A stretch of 64,000 bases of DNA from assembly GCA_963804955.1 (NCBI GenBank), contig CAWDSQ010000036.1:1-64000 (forward strand), in the 5' to 3' direction. This DNA comes from an uncultured delta proteobacterium (GTDB lineage: Bacteria > Desulfobacterota > WTBG01 > CAIYCZ01 > CAIRTM01). The notes beneath the pieces are model-generated. The model saw nothing but the letters and a program-made list of their open reading frames with translations, was not told the origin of the DNA and ran no database searches. Shown here in pieces: positions 7,681 to 20,500 of this stretch. Position 1 is the stretch's first letter. The number at the start of each line of letters is the position of its first letter. Position numbers and translations under genes: made by a program.

Positions 7681-10600
7681 ATGAAGAGATACAAGCAGTA
7701 CGGAGTTTTTCAGAAAACCTGCGTGCGTCATTTTTCTCAAAAGCAGTATTTCCCCCTGTGCCTGGGTTTCCTGCTTTTTGTGGCCGCCCTTTTCTGCGCT
7801 GCCGAAAGTCAGGCTGCCACTGTCACCCTGACCTGGGATCAAAGCCCTGATCCTGTCACCGGCTATAGACTATTTTACGGCGAGCAGAGCGTTCTGACAA
7901 ATCCCTCAACTGAAATCGATGCGGGCAATGTTCTGCAGACGACACTTACAACGCTGACATCCGGCACAACCTATTACTTTGCTTTCAAGGCATACAATGC
8001 CTACGGGCAGAGCGGCTTTTCCAACGAGGTAACCTATACGGTGCCTGCCTGCCGGCACAACGACAACAATGCCGAACCGGTTTCAACGACTTCGGCTGCG
8101 GCAAGCACCGTGCCGGCAACAACGAGCACGATTGCAACGACGACAGTGCGCAACGACCACGGCGCCAACGACCAGCGACCGCACTGACAACGATCATGCG
8201 ACCAGTATCACCACCAACAACGAGTTCTACTCCGCCTGCAGGAACCACAAGCGTTTCTGTCAGACCACAACAACAGGGGTTGGTAACGAGCGCCATCTGG
8301 TTCGGGGCAGAGGTTATGCGGTTCAACGCCGCATCGCTTGGCCGCATCGCTTGCGCTGTAAAACAGCCTGCTTGCCGCAGGCATCACCGAGTCGAAAACT
8401 CGACGGATGCCGTGATGGCGGTGGGCAGCCGGGCATCATGGGGCGATATCGATCCTGCGAAAACTGTGGCGCTACAGCATGGCGACGAGATTTCTCGACA
8501 GGGGCCAATGCAATAGACGCGCAGCCGATGTCACCGATGCCAATGCGGACGCCATAGCGGCTGAATCACAGGCTGGACAACCGTAAGTTGCGAATCTGGT
8601 CTGCAAAAGCGGATGCGGCTCTTTCCGCGGGCAGCACAGCGGCGATCACGTTAGAGCTTTATGACGGCGACAATGCCTCACGGGCAATACGCAAATTGGA
8701 TGATTATCGGGCCGCGGTTGAGGCTTATAGGAGTCACTGTCGAAGCTCGGCGGTATCTGACAAAGGTCAGTTCGCCCGGGCCGATTGACGGGTATACTGG
8801 GAGAGAGCACGGTATCAGCGGTATTTGAAGCATGAGGACTAGGCGGTATGTCGTGCCGATGGAACCCGTATACTGTTTGCAATCGAGCATATACTCTGTA
8901 CAGCAACGGGGGCGGGCTCTACCTGAGCTGCGCTGGACAGACGTCCGGTGGGCGGTGTACGCAGGTTACCGGCTATTCATACACGTACAATATGCTGTAC
9001 TCCAATCGCAGCTAAATGGAGGACGCACATCGGCCACGGTGGGCACGGTGACGGCTGGCAAAGGCCTCTTCAGACTGGTGCGGGGTATGGGCTGCATATA
9101 AAGCGACCTGCAACGCCGACGACATCGGTTACGACAACGAGCGTGCCGACAACGACGACCACGGTTGCAACGACGACAGTGCCGAAAACCACCACCGTAC
9201 CGACAACCTCAACGACCAGTACGCTGCCGACGACATCGGTTACGACAACGAGCATGCCGACAACGACGACCACGATAGCCACGACAACGAGCGTACCGAC
9301 AACAACGACCACGGTTGCAACGACGACAGTGCCGAAAACCACCACCATACCGACGACATCAACGACCAGTACGCTGCCGACGACATCGGTCACGACAACG
9401 AGCGTGCCGACAACAACGACCACGATTGCCACGACCACAGTGCCGACAACCACCACGGTACCGACGACCTCAACGACAGTACGCTGCCGACGACCTCGGT
9501 CACGACAACGAGCATGCCGACAACAACGACCACGATTGCCACGACGACAGTGCCGACAACCACCACGTACCGACGACCTCAACGACCAGTACGCTGCCGA
9601 CGACCTCGGTCACGACAACGAGCATGCCGACAACAACGACCACGGTCGCCACGACCACAGTGCCGACAACCTCAACGACCAGCACGCTGCCGACGACCTC
9701 GGTCACGACAACGAGCATGCCGACAACGACGACCACGGTTGCAACGACGACAGTGCCGACAACCACCACCGTACCGACAACCTCATCGACCAGTACGCTG
9801 CCGACGACATCGGTTACGACAACGAGCATACCGACAACGACGACCACGATTGCCACGACGACAGTGCCGACAACCACCACCGTACCGACGACCTCAACGA
9901 CCAGTACGCTGCCGACGACCTCGGTTACGACAACGAGCATACCGACAACGACGACCACGATTGCCACGACGACAGTGCCGACAACCACCACGGTTCCAAC
10001 GACATCAACGACCAGCACGCTGCCGACGACATCGGTTACGACAACGAGCATGCCGACAACGACGACTACGATAGCCACGACGACAGTGCCGACAACCACC
10101 ACGGTACCGACGACCTCAACGACGAGTACGCTGCCGACGACATCGGTTACGACAACGAGCGTGCCGACAACGACGACCTCAGTAAAGATCAGGAAATATA
10201 AAATTATCGGTGGAAAAGGTTCAAATCTCATAGACGGTAGCGCTCCCGCTGCAAAAAGCGAACAGAGCGCTGAAGCAGAGCCGGACCGGATTTTTACAGA
10301 GCAGGGTGCAATTGCGGTTTTCGACGAGACTGATGCCCCCCTTCAAATTTCCGTGGGCTGGGACGAATATAATGCCCTGAACGGCGAGGCGCGTATCGCA
10401 ACCGGCGATATCGACGGCGACGGAGAAGAGGAAATTATCATAGGCCTGGGCCCCGTTGAAGGGAATTCGGCAATACCCGGAGGAAAATTTCAAATTCTTG
10501 ATGATGACTTCACCAGCCTGGGCTGGGGCCAGATAGACTGGAGCGAGTACAACAGCATAAATGGCGAGTCGTGGCCCGCCTGCGGCGATATCGACGGCGA

Positions 10601-11327
10601 CGGCGTGGATGAAATTCTCATCGGCCTCGGGATCGGCGGCAATGGCAGGGTCGAGGTTTTTAAATTTAAAAACGGGGAAGCCGTGCATGCACAATGGATA
10701 AAGGTCGGCTGGGAAGAGTACTGCACAGCGGGAGGCGGTGTTCGCCCGGCCTGCGGCAATATCGATTTTGACCGCAAAGAGGAGATCATTCTGGGGCTGT
10801 ATCCTGTCAATGATTTTATGCCCGAGGGAAAATTTGAGGTGCTCGACGGCAATGCGAAGCATCTTGCCTGGGGTGTTGTCGACTGGCCCGATTATAATGC
10901 CATCAACGGCGAAACCCGTCCCGTCTGCGGTGATATTAATCGAACGGGGCGTGACGAAATACTGATGGGGCTGGGAAGGGGCTCAGGAGGCAGAATACCG
11001 GTATACTCGTACGGCCTGGGCAAAGTCAGCTTGAAAAGATGGCTTGAAGCAGGCCCCGCTGATTACCGTGCTGAAAATGGCGAGACCAGGCTCTCCTGCG
11101 GCGATACGGACGGTGACGGCCTTGATGAAATTCTTGTCGGCTTCGGCCAGGGCGGGCAGGGCATGATGGAACTGCATGATGACGGGCTCCATGATTTCAG
11201 CATGCTTTCCAACCTGCAGATGCCGGATGAGCACTACAATGCTGCAATCGGCGAAACCTATCCGGCAATCAAAGGCATAAAAAGCAAGTTTCCGAGGATC
11301 ATGGATTTTTTATTGAAGTTGTTCTGA
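7681..11327 (+). CDS. Large secreted Fn3 / Thr-rich / unknown domain / long Thr-rich array / FG-GAP-like protein (paralogue C; several frameshifts)
   Basis: Signal peptide + Fn3 in ORF 7660-8187, an error-rich middle, then the Thr array and FG-GAP-like repeats in ORF 9315-11327. Both ends are homologous to paralogues A and B. Confidence 0.75.
9115..10182 (+). repeat. Coding tandem repeat, ~111-nt (37-aa) Thr-rich unit
   Basis: Unit TTSVTTTS(M/I/V)PTTTTT(I/V)ATTTVPTTTTVPTTSTTSTLP, about 9-10 copies, some partial. Confidence 0.9.
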
Positions 11328-11437
11328 AAAGAAAGCACGAAACAGCCATAAAAAAACGAAGTATATTTTTTTCGTGCTATACTAAAATAATATACTGAGC
11401 TAATGCACTATTTAAAATTTATAAAGGAGAAAAACTC

Positions 11438-12643
11438 ATGAAAAAGCAAGTTTTTAAGAAATTATTTCTCATGGCGCTCGTGGGGACCTGTTTGCTGGTT
11501 TTCCATTCAAGCGCCCAGGCTAAATTTTTTGCAGCCGGATGTTTTACCGGAGTGTTTTACAGTGACAACGTAACACTGCTGGCAGATGGCTCTATAGTCC
11601 AGTGCCTGTATGCAGGGCCTGACGGCAGGATTGACCCGCCCAGGGCGGATGGTACGGCCGGGGGTGATGATGTGCTGCTGAAAGCGGCGTTTCAGCCGCC
11701 ACAATATTACACCACCATAGGAACCTCTTTTCCCTCTGATCCTGATGAAGGGAAATTTTTTGATGTTTTCAAAAATAAACTTAAAAAAGACGCCATTGTT
11801 TACTGCCGGGCATGGGATAATGCAACCTTTGAAACAGCCGTCTGCTATGGCGATTCAGCGCCCTATGCACTGCAATACAGCCGGGTTGATTTTAATATTT
11901 TTGAGTCCTGGAACACCAACCGATGCTCGTGCTTTATATCACTCGAACCCGCCACCAGGGCAGTCAGCCCGGGCGAGAGCATACAGTTTGAGGTTCTGCC
12001 GGGCCCCGCTTGTGGAGCAACAACCTGCTATGCCTGGTCAGTGAGCGGCACAAGCGGTGCAACCATTACTCCGGAAGGCTTCTATACCGCCGGGGGCATA
12101 GTGGGAAAGGATAACGTAACCGTTGTGGACCCCTGCAATGACAATGTCACAGCTTCTGCTGAAATAATCGTTCAATTGAACGATAGAGACGGGGACGGTA
12201 TTCTTGATGCAGAAGATAATTGCCCGACCATCCCGAATCCGGATCAAACAGATAACGATAGTGACGGAGTCGGTGATGCCTGTGACAGCTGCCCGGACTC
12301 AATACGTACACAAACTGTAATCGTAGACAGTTGCGATAGCGGGGTTCTCAATATGGTTTTTGAAGATGGCTGCACAATGAGCGACCTCATAGCACAGTGC
12401 TCTGCCGGAAAAAAGAATCACGGAGGTTTTGTCAGCTGTGTCTCCCATCTCACCAATGAGTGGAAAAGCGCCGGGTATATCAGTGGATCGGAAAAAGGTG
12501 CGATTCAGAGCTGTGCGGCAAAATCCGATAAAGGTAAGGGAGAAGGAGAGGCGGTAAGGGAGGCAAAGGTAAAAAATAACGAGCACTACAAAAGCGATAC
12601 TGCAGCCCATTTAAGGCTTGCCGGTATACCTGCAGGAGATTGA
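11438..12643 (+). CDS. Secreted protein with Ig-like domain and thrombospondin type 3 Ca-binding repeats
   Basis: Signal peptide; [36 protein letters not shown]-terminal [10 protein letters not shown] helical module. Confidence 0.75.
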   Translation: MKKQVFKKLFLMALVGTCLLVFHSSAQAKFFAAGCFTGVFYSDNVTLLADGSIVQCLYAGPDGRIDPPRADGTAGGDDVLLKAAFQPPQYYTTIGTSFPSDPDEGKFFDVFKNKLKKDAIVYCRAWDNATFETAVCYGDSAPYALQYSRVDFNIFESWNTNRCSCFISLEPATRAVSPGESIQFEVLPGPACGATTCYAWSVSGTSGATITPEGFYTAGGIVGKDNVTVVDPCNDNVTASAEIIVQLNDRDGDGILDAEDNCPTIPNPDQTDNDSDGVGDACDSCPDSIRTQTVIVDSCDSGVLNMVFEDGCTMSDLIAQCSAGKKNHGGFVSCVSHLTNEWKSAGYISGSEKGAIQSCAAKSDKGKGEGEAVREAKVKNNEHYKSDTAAHLRLAGIPAGD

Positions 12644-12690
12644 AAAAAACAGGCCGGATCCTTTTCTTCAGGACTGGCCTGTTTTTTATT
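12643..12690. terminator. Bidirectional intrinsic terminator
   Basis: AAAAAAACAGGCCGG...CTGGCCTGTTTTTT between convergent genes. Confidence 0.7.
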
Positions 12691-12873
12691 GCTGCCATAA
12701 AAAGCCTCCGGGCATGCGGTGACTTTTTTGGTTTTTTAGTTGTCCACAGTAGGAACCGTAAGGTAAAATTCTGGGCGGGCAAGGGCGGGCACAAGATAGT
12801 GAGGCTGCAGGATCAGGCGCAGCTATTTGTCATCGCCTGCATCCGCCTTGTTGGTCTGGACATTGTTGACTGG

Positions 12874-13251
12874 TTAGTCTTCCTCTGAAAGAAGCCATCG
12901 CATGGCGCTTTCATAGTCCGTGTAGGCATTAATTGAAAAACCCTTGTTGTGAGAGCATGTCTCAAAGAAGCTGGCGAGATTAAAGTTGACCCCCGGAAGA
13001 ACAAGAAGGGCAACTTTCCTGCGAAAGGTATCACCATGATGGTACAGCTCCGCTGCAAGTTGATATACATCGGTTATCGACAAATCTGACTTTGTGTTAC
13101 GGAAATCAACGAGCAACTCGTAGTCTGCCGGGGGTTTACCGGACTTTGCTATATCTACGAGAAGTTGCTTGCTTGTGGCGATGTTTATAAGGCCACTAGG
13201 GGTTACCTCCATAAAATCGCTTGCGGTGATGATCTTGATGTTTGTTGCCAT
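12874..13251 (-). CDS. STAS/SEC14 (SpoIIAA-like) domain protein
   Basis: Motifs LLVDFR, RKVALLV, FFETCSHNKG and YESAMRWL. Confidence 0.6.
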   Translation of the reverse strand: MATNIKIITASDFMEVTPSGLINIATSKQLLVDIAKSGKPPADYELLVDFRNTKSDLSITDVYQLAAELYHHGDTFRRKVALLVLPGVNFNLASFFETCSHNKGFSINAYTDYESAMRWLLSEED

Positions 13252-14084
13252 TTAATGCCTTCCACCTGTGATGCGCACCTTGCTCAACATACTTTCAATA
13301 TAGAACACCATGCTTTTTTTTACTATCTAAATGCTCAACTTGACTGACTTAATGGCGCGTATGATCAGTGGCACGCCGCTTGCGTCGGGCAACGTGCTCA
13401 TAAAACCAGTTTTTTGTGCGATGCGACACATTCATTCGCACAGCCCTTGCGACGCTTTATGCCGCTGAACAGGCTGGCTGGGGCACTAATAATACAAGGA
13501 TTTCTATACGTTTCTGTTAAAAGCCAGTCAAGTGAGAATGGTATGCGCAATCCGTATATCATGACCTTTTGGGCAAGATGGTGGAAACCGGTAACTGCCA
13601 CCATGCGCCTTATCCATACAGACTGGGATACTTTATATGCTGCACTATCTGCTATAAAATATATTTAAATACCGTTTGCTAAAAAATGAACGGGGCGCGA
13701 ACGTCTGCAGCTTCAAGTTTATATTCAGGGGCTTTCCACAGGGGGTACGACTGATTATACCGGTTATTATGTGCTTGATACGGCAACAGGAAAAATGATT
13801 GATAAATCTACCGAGGTGCATAAGCAGGGTGAATTTGACACAACCCCCAAAAACGAGCCACAGAAAAGCTGGTGATTTCGGTTTGCACCCTTTTACAAAA
13901 TCGGGCTCTGGCCTATAACCCGTGTCGTCTTTGGGATACAAGCGGCCGCCGCACAAGACGCTAAAGCGGTATGCGTACAGGAATCAAGCATGCCCATCAT
14001 TCTTTGCCCGCCCCCACCGTCTTTGTCGGCGGGGGCGGAAGGAAGCTTTGCACTTCGAGCCCTTGTCTTTCCCTTTCAGGGGAG

Positions 14085-15635
14085 TTATATGCACCCAGCC
14101 TCATGTTTTGACATCTCCATCAGCCGTTCTCGGCGATAGGCCGGCTGTTCGCGAACGGCAACCACTGCATAGGAGGCTTCCACCTTGCCTGCCGAGACGA
14201 ACGGAATAAACGTGAATCCTTTTGAAGCATCGATAAATCCGCCGAGCCGTTTATTTGACTCCGTGATGGCGCTTGTCATCCGGACTTCCGGATGCCGGGC
14301 TATTGGCTATGGCATTTTGTACCAGGGCGCTGTTGATGGACGCGAATATCTCGGTAACGCAGTTGCGTCTGCAAAGGCTGTACGAGTAGAGCCGATTCAG
14401 GGCGGCATCATAATGTGCGGCGGCAATCTGCGCTGACGCCAGTTCCCGCTCGCACAGCGGCTTCGCTCATATCGGGAAGCGGCAGATCGAAGCGCCGGCC
14501 CTCGCGAGACGGAAATGACGTTTCAGGGATTTTCCTCGGCAGCGTGCCTGCCGCAACAGCCTGCTCAATGTCAAGCAGCAGATTGCCGGCCCGTTCCAGG
14601 GCGGCATAATCCGCTTCACGAAAAGAGCTGCTTTTGAAAAACTCCATGCGCCAGTGATGAAAGACCTTTTGCCGATCGTTATTCATGGCGGTAATATAGC
14701 TGTCCGGGGCATCCCCCGGATTTTTTCGTTCATTGCCAATACGTGATTCCTGCCCCTTAGCTGTATGCGGAAATATGTTCAGGAAAACGAGTTGCCCGGC
14801 TTGCAGGGAGGCTTTGATGGCAGCGAGGCGGGCCATACCGGCCATGAACGGAACCCCCCAGTCAGGGCGCGAAGAATTGGCCAGCCTGATCAGACGCTCC
14901 TCCTGCTGTTCGGTAAAGCTCTTCAGAGCAAGCGTTTCCTGTGGTGCGAGTTTGAATGCGGCATTGCCCGATGACCAGAATGTTCCATGCCGGAGAGGCG
15001 GTGCAGCTTGCAATTGCTCCAGAGCTGACAGCGCTGACAGCGCATCGTAGAACCGGGTAGAAGGGCCGGGTTGATGTCCGGGATAGGCATCCCGTGATAT
15101 GCCCGCCACCGGCGGTTCCACCGCCCGTAAGGACAATGTCCTGATGCGTGCCCTGGTTTGGGCAATCCGCTCTTCAATGAATCGCTCACCGTACGTGGCC
15201 AGTATTCTGTCACGCAGTAAAACCAGTGCCGGTGGAGCGGCGGCACTGCCGCTGCGGTGCTGCTTATCCCGGCTGTTTCGGTTCGCGCTCTGCTCCGGGC
15301 CGTCAGGTGACAAAATATCCAAGTCCCTTGATGGGCAATGAGACTTCGGCTGTTCTGCGATCCACAGCCTGATGCCGCTGAAGCACTAGCTCAAAGAGCG
15401 CTATATCCCGGCGCAGTTCATCACGCAGCGCCAACTGTGCATCCTGAATCAGGCACAGCCGGGTCAGAGCGTCAAGCAGGAGCGTGTAGGTTTCACCGGT
15501 TACAGCGATCAGGCTTTCACGGAGAGTCCGATTGCCGAGCTTGGTATATATATGATCGAATGCAGCGGAGTCGAGACGATGTGATTCTGATTATGCCGGA
15601 GTTTTCGTGCTGGAAGTGAAATGTCTGATCACTAA
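14085..15635 (-). pseudogene. Fragmented, truncated large hypothetical gene (possibly DUF4105/Lnb-like)
   Basis: Pieces FQHENSGIIRI...LGNRTLRE, ORF 14408-15322, YSLCRRNCVTEIF and RLGGFID..FIPFVS lie in different frames. No recognisable N- or C-terminus. Confidence 0.45.
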
Positions 15636-15728
15636 CGAAGGCAGGTGCGTTGATGAATCCTGAAGATGAAAGGATGGTAAATTCGGGAGGTTGTTGGCAA
15701 AGTATGCAAAACAGATTTTGTAATATCT

Positions 15729-17264
<1,536 letters not shown>

Positions 17265-17553
17265 ATTAAAAGCTCAAATATATAGTTAGCGTAATAAATT
17301 AAAAAAAATATAACCAAATTGTCATGAAGATGTCAAACGTAAATGGCTATTGAACTAAAAAAGTGTTAAAAATCTTCGTATACGGTCGGGGATATGAAGA
17401 CGAGGTCACCCCTTCGGGGATAGCCTGGGTGCAAAATGGATAATGAAGGGATTCAAAATTTTTAACCCCTGCGAGGGACAGACCTACACAAGGCAGATAT
17501 CCGCAGAGGCGGGTCTGCTCTTACGGTGCAAACGATATAAAAAATAACAATAC

Positions 17554-20500
17554 ATGAGCGAACCTGCGTGTTCTGCCCTGAATCCTGAAACAGCCATGTC
17601 TCTTCTTTTTTCTAAATTTTTCGGTGCGAACCAGCCTGGAACTCAGCTGCTTGAGGCAATACAGTCGGGCGAGGGCGAGGTGTATGCCGTGGGGCTCAAG
17701 GGCTCGGCGCCCGCGCTTGTCACCTCGCTGCTGTTTGATCTTTTAAAGAAGCATATTCTTTTTGTCACCCCCTCTGTCGAGGAAGCTCAGGAGCTGTTTG
17801 ATGAGCTTCTTTTCTATCGCAACCGCGCAGCGCAGCCCGATGACATGCGCGGCTCCGAGATTCTGTTGTTTCCGCCCCTTGAGACGCAGGCATACGAAGA
17901 CGTGCTCAGCCACTGCGATGTGAATGCCCAGCGGCTCTGGACCCTCTACCGCCTGTGCGACTCCGACACTCCCTGCATCGTCGTCACAACGGCCCGGGCC
18001 CTGCTGCAGAAAATTCTGCCTTCTGAAACGCTTATCAGCGGCTGCCGTACCGTCGGGCAGGGACAGGAGATCGATCGCGACAGCCTGTGCTCCGACCTTA
18101 TACAGTGCGGCTATACGCGCGTGAGCGTTGTCGAAGACCGCGGCGATTTTTCCATTCGCGGCGAGGTGATGGACATTTTTCCGCCGGGCTGCCCCCTGCC
18201 CGTGCGCCTTGATTTTTTCGGCGATATGATCGAGTCGATGAAGTTTTTCGACCCGCAGACGCAGCGGTCAAAAGACGAGCTGCGTCAGGTGACGCTCGTG
18301 CCCGTGCGCGAGGTGCTGCTGACGCGGGACGTGCTCGACGACCTGGCGCTGCGCGCCGCTGAGCCGCCCCTTGCCGATATTTTTTCCCGCAGCAAGGGCA
18401 GGATGTTTTTTGACAATATCCAGAACGGCCTTTTGCCCGCAGGGGTTGAGTACTGCCTCTCCTTTGTCTACCCGCAGCTTGCGACCCTTTTTGATTACCT
18501 GCCATCCTCTGTCGTTACTTTCTGGAGCGAGCGCAGGGTGATTGAAGACGCCATGGCCGAGCTTGCCGCCGAGGCGGCAGAGCATTATGAAGCCGCGTGC
18601 AACGAGCGGCGGGTTGTGGCGCCGCCGGAAGAGCTTTTTGTGCAGGCTGCTGAGCCCGGCAGCCTGCCTGCGGCTGTGCAGAAAGTGTTTCTGCAGGGCT
18701 GGGACATCGAGCGCCGAGACCAGTGCCGCGTGAGCTTCAGCGCCCGTTCAAACGAAGACATTCGCAAGGAGATGCTGTCCTTTGATACGCAGGCCGGCGC
18801 GCTTTCTTCGCTTGCGCAGAAGATTGAAAAGTGGCTTGGCGACGGCGTGCAGGTGGTGCTGCTCTGCCACACCAAAAGCCAGTGCGAGCGGCTGGGAAGC
18901 CTGCTTGCCGACTATGAGCTTGAGACATCTATCACCCTTGACCGGACATTTTCCGATGTGGCGGGCGAAGCAGCAGGCGGCCGCGTGGAAATCTGTACCG
19001 GCAGGCTTTCCCGCGGGTTCCGCTATGCGGACGGGCTGCTGGTTCTGATCACCGAAGAGGAGATATTCGGCCAGAAGCGCAAGCGCGTGGCGGTGAAGCG
19101 CTACAGGGAAGGCACGGCTATATCCGACTTCAGCGACCTGAAGGAAGGTGATCTTATCGTCCACCGCGACAATGGCATCGGCCTTTACACGGGCTTTAAA
19201 ACCCTTGAGGCCGGCGGCATGCGCGCCGATTATCTGCAGCTCGAGTACCAGGGCGGCGACAAGCTGTACCTGCCCGTTGACCGCATAAACCTTATCAATA
19301 AATATGAAAACGCCGACGACGGCCAGCCCCGGCTTGACAGGCTCGGGGGTACGACCTGGGCCCGAACCACGCGCAAGGTGCGCGAGTCTATAGAAAAAAT
19401 CGCCCGCGACCTGATCGAGCTCTATTCGGCGCGTAAAGTTTTCAGGGGCCATGCGTTCAACCCTCCCGATCATACCTATCGCGAGTTTGAAGCGGCATTT
19501 CCCTATGAGGAAACACCCGATCAGCTTGCGGCCATCGGCGATGTCATGGATGATATGACCCGTCCCATGCCCATGGACCGCCTCATTTGCGGCGATGTGG
19601 GCTACGGAAAAACCGAGGTGGCCCTGCGCGCGGCATTTCGCTGCGCCATGGAGGGCAAGCAGGTGGCGGTGCTTGTGCCCACGACCGTCCTGGCCCAGCA
19701 GCACTACCAGAATTTTTGCGAGCGCTTCCGGCAGTATCCCATCAAGGTCGATATACTGAGCCGCTTCCGCTCCGCGCGCGACCAGAAGCTTATCATACAG
19801 GACCTTGCCGCCGGCAGGGTCGATGTGATCATCGGCACGCACCGCATCGTGCAGAAGGATATCGTGTTCCGCGAACTGGGACTCATCGTCATCGACGAGG
19901 AGCACCGCTTCGGCGTGAAGCACAAGGAGCAGCTCAAGAAGCTGCGCTCATCGGTCGACGTGCTGACGCTCACCGCGACGCCCATACCGCGCACGCTGCA
20001 GATGTCGCTGTTCGGCATACGCGACTTTTCCATCATCGAAACGCCCCCCGAAGACCGGCTCTCCATCCGCACCACCATTACGCATTTCGACGAGATGATC
20101 ATCCGCGACGCAATCCTGCGGGAGCTCAAGCGCGGCGGCCAGACATTTTTTGTCCATGACCGTGTCCGCTCGATTCATGCCATGGCGGGCTATCTGCGCA
20201 AGCTTCTGCCCGAGGCTCGCCTCGGGGTGGCGCACGGCCAGATGAACGAGCGCGAGCTTGAAAGCATTATGATGCAGTTCATCCGCAAGGAGGTAGACCT
20301 GCTCGTGTGCACCACCATCATCGAATCGGGCCTTGATTTCCCCACGGCAAACACCATTATCATCAATAATGCCCACCGCCTGGGCCTTGCCCAGATGTAT
20401 CAGCTCCGGGGCCGCGTGGGCCGCGGCAAGATCCGGGCCTATGCCTATATGCTTGTTCCCGGCTCCAACACCATGAGCCCCCTTGCGCAGAAGCGGCTTG

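Noticed and set aside
8948..10231. Asp/Asn/His-rich, Arg-rich and antisense Val-rich ORFs as real proteins
   Set aside because: They are alternative frames of the Thr-codon repeat array.
1..11327. Diversity-generating retroelement (template/variable repeat pair)
   Set aside because: No reverse transcriptase in the window, and differences between repeat copies are not adenine-specific.
13350..13480. Integron attC site / gene cassette
   Set aside because: No convincing RYYYAAC...GTTRRRY pairing and no integrase.
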